Shown: piece after piece, positions 23,631 through 32,879 of the stretch
Position numbering within the stretch: position 1 is the stretch's first letter
Layout: every line of letters begins with the position of its first letter
NCBI RefSeq assembly: GCF_001194135.2
Contig: NC_068988.1
Coordinates: forward strand, 58,942,142 to 58,975,020
Length of the DNA stretch: 32,879 bases
Direction: 5' to 3'
DNA from: Octopus bimaculoides
Taxonomy: Eukaryota
Translations under genes and position numbers: made by a program
The notes under the pieces: model-generated
What the model saw: only the letters and a program-made list of their open reading frames with translations
Databases searched by the model: none
Told to the model about the DNA's origin: nothing

Positions 23631-23682
23631 ATATATTCATCTTTTGTAAACAGTGGAAGCTGTAAGGATGCGAGAGGAACAT
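23631..23682 (-). CDS. M13 paralog B exon 3 of 9
   Basis: tactttcttacAG|...|GTaagt, 52 nt, phase 1 to 2. (H)VPLASLQLPLFTKDEY(M) vs VFPAGILQPPFFSAQQSN. Confidence 0.9.
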
Positions 23683-24313
23683 CTGTAAGAAAGTAAATAG
23701 AAGGAACATATCAATATATGACAAAGAAAGCAGAGGAGGATGAAAAAGGTGAGGAAGAGAAGGACAAAGACAAGAAGAAAAGAAGCAGAACATTAAGAAG
23801 AGGGGAAAGGAGGAGAAGAAGGATAAGGATAAGTCAGGGGAGGAGATGAGCTATTACCAACACCTTCCGACAAATAATCTTTTATAGCAATAAAATACTT
23901 AAGATTCAGGACAATTGTTTTAAATGCAGAGACATGTGTATCATTTGTTAGAACGAGTTATACTGAGCACACACACACACACACACACACACCAAATACA
24001 GTAATATCAGCGCCAAGCAGTCTTTAGGCATAAGCGAAATTTACGATAGTTAAAAGATATTTGTGTCATATTTCAACTGCTAAATTCTCTAAATTTACCG
24101 GAAAGAAAAACATCTTTCTTATGGTAAAATTATGTATAAAAAACATTGTATCCCTCCAGTGTTTCCCACTGTCGGATTTACATACAGATTTTTATCACTT
24201 TAGACATTATCACGAAGAAATACCGAAGATAGGAAAGTCTGGACGTACCTAATTAAACTCTTCCGTATATGTACCTCATTTCGTCCGACGCGCTAAATAT
24301 TCTGCTTGTTCAT

Positions 24314-25036
24314 NNNNNNNNNNNNNNNNNNNNNNNNNNNNNNNNNNNNNNNNNNNNNNNNNNNNNNNNNNNNNNNNNNNNNNNNNNNNNNNNNNNNNNN
24401 NNNNNNNNNNNNNNNNNNNNNNNNNNNNNNNNNNNNNNNNNNNNNNNNNNNNNNNNNNNNNNNNNNNNNNNNNNNNNNNNNNNNNNNNNNNNNNNNNNNN
24501 NNNNNNNNNNNNNNNNNNNNNNNNNNNNNNNNNNNNNNNNNNNNNNNNNNNNNNNNNNNNNNNNNNNNNNNNNNNNNNNNNNNNNNNNNNNNNNNNNNNN
24601 NNNNNNNNNNNNNNNNNNNNNNNNNNNNNNNNNNNNNNNNNNNNNNNNNNNNNNNNNNNNNNNNNNNNNNNNNNNNNNNNNNNNNNNNNNNNNNNNNNNN
24701 NNNNNNNNNNNNNNNNNNNNNNNNNNNNNNNNNNNNNNNNNNNNNNNNNNNNNNNNNNNNNNNNNNNNNNNNNNNNNNNNNNNNNNNNNNNNNNNNNNNN
24801 NNNNNNNNNNNNNNNNNNNNNNNNNNNNNNNNNNNNNNNNNNNNNNNNNNNNNNNNNNNNNNNNNNNNNNNNNNNNNNNNNNNNNNNNNNNNNNNNNNNN
24901 NNNNNNNNNNNNNNNNNNNNNNNNNNNNNNNNNNNNNNNNNNNNNNNNNNNNNNNNNNNNNNNNNNNNNNNNNNNNNNNNNNNNNNNNNNNNNNNNNNNN
25001 NNNNNNNNNNNNNNNNNNNNNNNNNNNNNNNNNNNN
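24314..25036. other. Assembly gap (723 N)
   Basis: Run of N. Confidence 1.
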
Positions 25037-25039
25037 CAC

Positions 25040-25068
<29 letters not shown>

Positions 25069-25070
<2 letters not shown>

Positions 25071-25229
25071 CCACGGGCTTCTTACAGTTTCCGTCTACCA
25101 AATCCATTCACATGTCTTTGGTCAGCCCGAGGCTATAGGAGAAGAAACTTGCCTAGGTTACCACGCAATGGGCCTGAACCTAGAACCATGTGGTTGGGAA
25201 GCAAGTTTCTTACCACTGAGTCACTCCTG
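25069..25229 (-). mobile_element. tRNA-derived SINE (second family) with (TA)n tail at 25039-25068
   Basis: Minus strand CAGGAGTGACTCAGTGGTAAG (A box), GGTTCTAGGTTCAGGCCC (B-box region), body GGATTTGGTAGACGGAAACTGTAAGAAGCCCG. Confidence 0.85.
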
Positions 25230-25289
25230 TACGTGTATATATATATATGTGTGTGTGTGTGCTACCTATATCTTAAATAACTTAACTTA

Positions 25290-28200
25290 GGTAACTTTCG
25301 ACCAATGATTGGTTTAGGCCATGTCTAACTTAATAGCACCACCTGATAGGATTAGCTACATCCTTTTTACGTCAAATTTTGTGGTATCATGGTCCATTCG
25401 AGTAGGGAGATCTTGTTGAATGAGCTGTATTCAGGTTTAGGTGGCTTATCTGGTAATCCTTGAGAAATTATGTCCAGATTCCGTTTAAAGGTGATGGGAT
25501 GCTTTTTCTCTTTGACCTGTTTTCGGATCATATTAAATAGGGCAGGGCCTATTTAGGAGAAGAAATTGTGTTGCACAGTATTTATCTTTTTGGGTAGGGG
25601 ATGCGTGACCTGTGGCTTTGGCGTTCAATTAATTCTGAAACTAATGTTGCGGTCGATCGATGTCATATTCTCCAGATAGTGAAAATTATGTTCCGATCAC
25701 AGCGGCACTGGAGAAAATTGAGGCTGAATGCTTTAAGGCTGTCCCAATATTCGAGATCAGTCATGCCCTTAATTCTTCTAGGGAATACATATTTCGAAAT
25801 GTTTTGTTTTCTATGGGTAGACGACTGGGCCAGCAGTATTCGAGGTTTGGCAGTACAAAGGAGGAGAAATGAGAAATGAGGACAAGTTGTTTTCTGAACC
25901 GGAAGGTTCTTAAGGGCTAGGAGCTCATCCTACGATCCACATCGACCTTGTTGTTGATGCGGGCACTCCAGCTGAGATTTTTGTCAACAATTACTCATGT
26001 GTCTCTAATACTATTAGATGTTGTGAGTGGTTCCCTTGTTGGAAGAGAATATTGACGTTTTTCGAAAATGCACCAGTTTAATTTTTTCCTCGTTTAGTTG
26101 CATTTTGTTTTTGCCTGCTCGTTGACTTACAGCATGTGGGTCAGACTGGTGTTCGGTTCGGTCTTCTTCTCCGTTCGTAATTTTCTGAAGTTTGGAGTCA
26201 TTAGCGAATATTTTCAATTTGTTGTGTTTTATGAAATGGCATTTATATAGACTATAACCAGAAGCGGGTCCAATACGGGTCCCCTGAGGGACACCGCAGT
26301 GACTTTCGCTGGATTTGTGCGGATTCCACCGATCACAGCATGTTGTGTCTTGTTTTGTAGGAAATACTTAATCCAATGTAGTAGTTTTCCACGGATACCA
26401 ACATTTGACAATTTTGACAGTAGTAAATTGTGGTCGACTCTGTCGAGCGCTTTACTGAAGTCAAGATATATGACTTCAGAGTTTGAACCTGATTCCACGG
26501 CTTTAAGGACATCATCGATGTTGTGTAAGAGCTGTGTTAGACAGTCCATGCCGCAGCGAAAGCGATGGTGGTTTGAATTTAGGTAATTGTGGCTCTTCAG
26601 GAAACCATCTGTTCTTGATCTCACTGGCCTTTCAAACACTTTGGTGATATGGGAGGTGAGTGAGATTGAGAGACAACTGACAGCTAGGGATATTTCCCTG
26701 TTTGAAAAACCGAGATGACAGACTGGGATAAGAGCTGTTTCGGTACATGACATGACTAAAGATTTTTTCCAGAGTGTGGTTAGAAGAAATGCAATTTGGT
26801 GTCTGCATTCCTTCAGGAGACTAGCGGAGAATGTCTCACGGCCTGTAGAATAGTATTTGAGCTCAATTACTGCTATGATGTCTGAAACAGTAAAGGTAAT
26901 ATCCGAGATTGTATGCTGATAATTTTTATTACCCACTGTTCCTCAGTAGCTCTTTGATTTTTAATGCAAGTTTTCATGTTGGTCTGCAGAAGCTTTTGCA
27001 GCTCAAGCCTTTTCATTATTGTTGAATGTAGATATTGTTTATGGGAGCATTTTAATTGGTGAATTTTTTCATTAAGTCTTTTCATGCTTCAAATGAGTTG
27101 TTTTGTTCTCTCTCTACGGAGCCTGTTTCTGTTTGTGCAAGTAAATTTTGCAGAAGCGTGTTTTGAGCATGCATGTGTAACAATGTCCTCAAAGCGCTGT
27201 CATGTGGTTTCAACGTCATTGGAAAGACAGATCTTTTCTAATTGCTCTCGAGTCTGCTTTGTAGACGTTTACGTTGTCCAATAAGTGCAGTGGAACGGGA
27301 TTGACTGGTTTGGTTTTGATATGCCAGAAATTAAAGTTGCAGAGCAGAATGTCGTGGTCCGAGAGGACAGTCCTTTTTACTGAAATGCTGTGAATGGTGC
27401 CAGAGTGGTTTGCTAATAAAAGATTGATTTATATATTCATTCATTTATTCGGTTCTCATTGTACCTTGTCGGACTTGAGGTACTTGCACGGTCATTGCAC
27501 CTTCTAACATTGAAAGCGTCTTTGACAGCTTGTTCTATTGTTAACCCCCTGCTTTTAAGAACTGTTGCCATTGTTCTCCGCTACGTTTCCTTTGGTCGGC
27601 CACGTCTTCATTTACCTTGTAGAACCCATTGTAAAGCGATCCTGACAACTGAGTTCGGTTCATAGCGATAAACGCGCCCCAGCCACTTCCATCTTCTTGC
27701 TTCAATAGTTTTTGTTATTGGTTTCACGTTAGCCTTGGTGTGTGGTGTGTAGTTGGCTAGTCGAGATCATATTCGACGAGTAGACCTTCAAAATTTTTGT
27801 AAGCATTTATTTTGAAACACCTACTGTTTCTTTTCAATACTTTTGGTTGTTTTCCAATATTCGGATCCATGGAGGAGGATACTAAGTATGCTACTTTTGT
27901 AAAATCGTATTTTGGTGCTCTTGCTGAGTATTGATGACTTTCACATTGAGTTTCACATATCGAATTATTGTTTGGTTTTGCTGATTCTTGTATTATTTCA
28001 TGAATGCAGTTTCCATCCATTGTTATTTTGTTTTCAAGATAGTTAAATTCGTCAACATTTGTCGTTGATTTGTCGTTCAAATCACATGATCAGCATCTGT
28101 TATATTTTTACGACGAGTCTCCATTTTCGTCTCGTTGATTTTGAGACCTATGGCGTTCGCTATTTGACTAAATCTTTCAGATTTATCTTGAGAACCAACA

Positions 28201-29600
28201 AATGTCGTCTGCATAATCTAAACCTTCTACTGGTGGTAGCAAACATCCTTGCTTGATTTCGAACGGATTTGTTAGTTTCTTATTGTATATAACTTGGTAT
28301 TAGAAGATTTCTTAGAAGAAACGAATCATCGGTTTATTGCCTTGTTGGTTCGAGCAGAATCATCCATTAGATTAAAGAGTAATTCTGCTGCTGCTTTATC
28401 TGATGTATTGCAGTTGTCTAACTTCTAAGTATTTCTGGGCCAGTTTACATAAGGAAGGCTAAAATAGCCCCTTACCAGTATGTTTCCGGTGTTGTATTTT
28501 TGAAAGAAAGACTTGATTTGTTGAGGAATTCTTCAAAGCACTTTAGAGGTGCTTGGAGAGGCTTGTAGAAACCAACATTGGTTATATCTTTGGCCTTGTT
28601 GAATAATGATATGGATTTGCAGTAGCCATTGCAAAATATGTTCTTGGCAACAATTGCAAAGGAGCCATGAAGATAATGGCTGTTCTTCCTTTATTTCTGT
28701 CTGTACGATCTGCATGGATGATGGTGAAATTCTTAACTTTCATCTCGACATCCATGTGAGTGCTGTTTAAATTAGCTTCTGTAAGGATAAAGAAAGGAAT
28801 GCAGTGTGCTGTTTCGGCAAGCCAACTTTCTATATATGGGATCTTCCATTTTGGGGCAGTGATTGATGGGTTGATGCTATGTACATTTAGCAGGAATGTC
28901 GGAGCAAGGGTAGTTTGTTGTTTGTATTGTTCTAAGTGCTTGGTCTTGGGTTATGTTGCTCAAAGTTAGCAGTGGGGGTAGTTTTTGTTTTGAGCTGTGT
29001 ATGTGGAGTGATGTTCTAGTAAATAATGGGTATGTGTTCTTTGTGTTTTGCATATACGATTGCTGATATCTCGTTGGATCTATCGGCTTTGATGGGCCTT
29101 CATATTTTCTAGATAAGTTCATAAAATAGTGTTACCTCTTTGGTTTGCCACTTGGTCAGAATATAGATTGTTCATGTTTATGTTATGTGATGTTATGGTT
29201 ATCCCATAGTTCTGTCTTCTTTGGTTTTAGGAGGTGGAATGTCGCCGTATTTTGTTGTTGTTGCAATGCTCGTTCGTTGCTTATTTTTCTTTTCGTTCGT
29301 TTTGTGCCCTCCAGATGGTGGTAGTTGCATTCTAGGCTCAGGCAAATCCTTCATGACACAGAATGTTGACATAATTTAAGGTGGAAAATGGTGCATCCGT
29401 AGCCTTTTGTGCATTCATATTTAGGATCAGAGCAATGGACTCTGTATTTAGGACGGTATTTGTGGTGGAGAAGAGAGCAGATCTTTCCATTCATATCATA
29501 TGGAGAGGTTCCCTTAGCATTTCTACGTCATAAGGTAAGTTGGAAGAAATGGCAGCGTCCCTTGTTAGTGCCACTAGGGCCAAATCTACAGTTAAAAATA
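25290..29600 (-). mobile_element. CR1-like LINE, near full length but degenerate, interrupted by an RTE-like insertion
   Basis: ORF1-like Cys/His segment (CHFFQ..CSLLHHKY..CTKGYGC), APE start ILTEANLN..ADRTDRNKG, GYFSLPYVNWP, LSDHDIL. RT: TSHITKVFER, YLDFSKALDRVDH, GPVLDPLL, IFANDSKL, PNLEYC. Confidence 0.88.
27423..28285 (-). mobile_element. RTE-like LINE, 5'-truncated, nested in the CR1 endonuclease domain
   Basis: IKQGCLLP, LDYADDIC, GLKINETK, KKMEVAGARL/RWKWLG-type segment, WVLQGK*RRGRPKET, (TGAA)-like tail. Confidence 0.85.
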
Positions 29601-29830
29601 TATATATCAATTACTATTCGTTAAATACTTGCATATGTATTATGACTGATTTGATAGTATTTGATATAATACATTAAAGTATTTTATTTAGATCTCAATG
29701 ATTATGAAACCATTTAAGAAATAATGGGATTAACTATTTTACAATGTATTATCCATATAATACATTAATAATGAAGGTCGACTTAAATGATTAATCTCTA
29801 TTACTTCTGAAGCAATAATTATCCACTTAC

Positions 29831-29889
29831 GTATTGAATGAAATCTTTTAGTATAAGCAGGCAGGCCATCTGTTTGGGATACGATGTTC
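29831..29889 (-). CDS. M13 paralog B exon 2 of 9 (NAFY-equivalent exon)
   Basis: ttttgtattttaAG|...|GTaagt, 59 nt, phase 2 to 1. (K)NIVSQTDGLPAYTKRFHSI(H) aligns without gaps to WISGAAVVNAFYSSGRNQI (Y and terminal I conserved). Confidence 0.78.
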
Positions 29890-30013
29890 CTTAAAATACA
29901 AAATATAACAGAAACACATATGACGAGAAAATACAAATGATATAGAGAATGGGCAAAATGTCAATTGTACGATTGGTTAATAAATGTCTCGTGATTGGAT
30001 TCGTGTGTTTTTA

Positions 30014-30095
30014 CACATGCACCGCATGCGCACACACTCACACATACAAACATGCACGCAGGACGCACACACTCACACACACACACACATGCATA
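30014..30095. repeat. Imperfect (CA)-rich microsatellite
   Basis: Direct repeats. Confidence 0.85.
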
Positions 30096-30744
30096 TATTC
30101 CCAGTGCTAATTTCTTTGTTGAGAAAACGCCAGCAATACACTCAACTACTTTTGCTCTATAAACACACGGGGACATGAAGGAAAAAAATTTTATTCTTCA
30201 AATAAGCTGTGAGATTCGGGATTGAAAATTGAGTGGGATCTATCTTCAAATTATTTTAGTTAATTTTATTCACTCAACACAATACTCCCATTTCAAGCTT
30301 TCATATATCGTAACATAATGAGAGTTATTCATAAAGCAATGCCTGTGGATGAGTTATCTAATACAATATTCCAGCGATATGTTTTTATTAATAAGTACAT
30401 GAACAACCGCTGGAATAATATTTACAAGAACATATTCTAACCTACATAAACATCAAGTACATTCTACTTTTGTTACTTTCAATATCTACACAGTTCAAAT
30501 ATATTAACAGGAAAGTTTTGTCAATACCGGCGAATTTAGAGATCTTTGATTATGTCTTATTTTAATTGATAAACCAAATATAACTACCCAAGTCTATTAT
30601 GTTCACTGTAATTTTAAATCAGTGAAAGTTTCGGAAGCCTCTCCTCTTAAACTACTGAATATAAAGGATGCTTATTCCTAGCAATGTAGGTGCTTTTAAC
30701 ACCCTAGTCACAATTATATGTATGTATATACATGTATACATGTA

Positions 30745-30869
<125 letters not shown>

Positions 30870-31299
30870 ATAAATCTAATAAGTAACAAGGATGCCGTTT
30901 CAGGCGGCTCCATTTAATCGAACAATGCAAGAATTACGTCAATTTAAAATACAGCGCGATCCTCAGTGGCAAAATATGGATTTTCAACAGACTGAATATC
31001 CTAATATAATTTTCTGCTAATATTTCATCAAAGCTAGACAGTGAAAGAATTCTATGTTGCCAAGAAAAAGAGGTAGGGTAGGGGTGACATAAACTCGTTT
31101 CTTTTTTCCAGTTAAAGGGACCTACACTAGGAAACATAGAACGCTACAATGAGGTCCTAACACACATTAAGGACACAGAACTTCTGTCTGTTTAGTTTGT
31201 GACACTAATAAAGGAGTTGTAACCATTATAATATTTATCAATAAAGTAATGGCAATTATATAATGCAGTTCATTTAAATTGTTAATTTAGTCATTCTTA

Positions 31300-32480
31300 A
31301 ATGTAATGATAGTAATGGGAAAATTAAGTTATTAAAGTATTCATGTTGCATCAAGAGTGAATAATTCTTTATAAACGATGCTTTTCTTTTGTTTTATATC
31401 GGAGTATATACGCAAAGACATTTGCTTTTGGTCTCCACACGAAAAGCAGAAATGGAAGATTCGGTTTCAACGTGAATGAAGGTAAAAAAAGTAGCTATAT
31501 CATCCAGACGAATAGCTTCACGGAACGCAGGTGGCTATGCGGTGGCATTGTAAAACCCACAGTTCAAATAGAACACACATTGTCACGGTTTTTTTTTGGT
31601 TTTACATTTGAATAGGCCGTATGGACTATTGTTTAAATCTGAACAAGGGGATACTACCCCCAACAGATTTAAATTTACTACGCCTGTATGTGTGTATTTT
31701 ATAAGAGAAAACGTAATAATTGAAATAGAAAAATATCGATGCCATACACGTTAGGTTATTGAATTTATTATGTTGCATTAAGAGTGAATATTTACAAACT
31801 ATTATTTTTGCTTTATTTCGGGGTGCATAAGCAAAAAGATTTGCTTTTGCTCCCAAACACGCTGCTCCTACATGAAGTTGGCCTCGTGAAAAGTATGGCT
31901 TTTGAAGTTGCAACGTAGCGACTTTTAGTGTTGGCCTTGAGTTTTAATACAGCTCATGGCAAAAGAAAGTGGGATAGGAAACTATAACCGCTTAAATTGT
32001 AATGAGACAGTAGATGGTATAACTGTTATGCGAGGAATGAAATCGGTGTCACATTTACCCCAACCAGTAAGAATATTTGCCTCAATGCAGTTCCTCATAA
32101 GTCTGTGCACAGTTAGTGTTGTACCATTGCATATTTTTTTCGTGATAAATTACTAAGCTCCCACAGGTGATACTCCTACATAAAATTGACCATGTGAAAA
32201 GCAATGTTTATCAAGTGGCAATCCAGCAAGTTTTAGTGTTTGACCCTAAGTTTTTTTATGGAAAAATAAATTGAGATAGGAAACTGTAACCTCTTAAACG
32301 GCAATGGAAGCTTAGATGGTATGTCGAATATGCGAGGAATGAAGACGGTGTCACATTTACCACAACCAGTAAGAATATTTGCCCCATAAGTTTGTGCACA
32401 ATAAGTTTTGTACAGTTATATAATTTTTGTTGAGACAAATTTGGCAATAGCAAAGCAACTTATCCGAGGAAGCTTAACAA
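31300..32480 (-). mobile_element. Helitron (PIF1-like) helicase C-terminal remnants, partly repeated
   Basis: LLLPNLSQQKLYNCTKLIVHKL, GKCDTVFIPRI, FKRLQFP, SFAMS..QGQ, KPYFSRGQLHVGAACLG. Similar blocks at about 32230-32480, 31755-32150 and 31300-31470. Confidence 0.8.
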
Positions 32481-32654
32481 ATGCAACAATTATTAATACG
32501 ATATACTTAATGTATTTCTTTCATTAAACATTATATATGTATGTGTTTATGTGTGTGGCTGTAAGTACGTGAGTGTTGATGTAAAGAATTATCTAAATCA
32601 AAAGCATACGCAACTGAAATTAGTTATACCAACAAAATAAGCAACATAACCTAC

Positions 32655-32746
32655 TTTTCATCGTGAAGCATCCTCATGTTCAGCAAGTTTGAGTAAAATT
32701 TGTTCAAGCTAAAGATGTCTGAGACAAAATTGTCAGTGAAATTTAG
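32655..32746 (-). CDS. M13 paralog B exon 1 of 9 in window (gene continues beyond window end)
   Basis: tctttatttttcAG|...|GTaggt, 92 nt, phase 0 to 2. LNFTDNFVSDIFSLNKFYSNLLNMRMLHDE(K) vs LNYKEDEYFENIIQNLKF. Confidence 0.82.
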
Positions 32747-32828
32747 CTGAAAAATAAAGACAGTTATTTTGGTTGGATTTTTAAATAAACCAATAGGATT
32801 CGGGATCACAGATATGTTTTGGTGCGAA

Positions 32829-32830
32829 TG

Positions 32831-32879
<49 letters not shown>
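32829..32879. repeat. (TA)n microsatellite
   Basis: Direct repeats. Confidence 0.95.

Noticed and set aside
24186-24248. AG...GT-bounded 63-nt candidate exon
   Set aside because: Wrong phase combination or stop codons, and no M13 similarity; the slot is filled by 29831-29889.
30665-30710. CTAG-bounded segment resembling a Helitron terminus; also weak helicase-like text at 30880-31080
   Set aside because: Similarity too weak to call by eye.

Overview
AT-rich, microsatellite-dense eukaryotic genomic DNA with two assembly gaps (6456-7355, 24314-25036). The SINE/LINE repertoire looks like that of a coleoid cephalopod (octopus-like); this is inference. The ORF track is mostly artefact (gaps, microsatellites, transposon debris) and misses the main content. 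Reading the minus strand for splice-bounded exons recovers the last nine coding exons (32746 down to 5933, 726 nt, 241 aa, no internal stop, all GT-AG, compatible phases) of an M13-family (neprilysin/ECE-like) gene. Its zinc ligands and most catalytic or substrate residues are replaced: HEITH->REIFR, GENIAD->NNIIAD, VHSP->TFAP, NAFY->LPAY. It is therefore a putative intact non-catalytic neprilysin homologue. A second M13 paralog ends on the plus strand at 1706-1811, tail-to-tail with it. Introns and the intergenic space hold degenerate retroelements: a chain of R4/Dong-like RLE LINEs at (TAA)n tracts, several Penelope-like elements (one tRNA-like insert, one hammerhead-ribozyme relic nearby), a CR1-like LINE interrupted by an RTE-like LINE, tRNA-derived SINEs, Helitron helicase remnants and a mariner end. 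TE boundaries are approximate; exon boundaries were read base by base.
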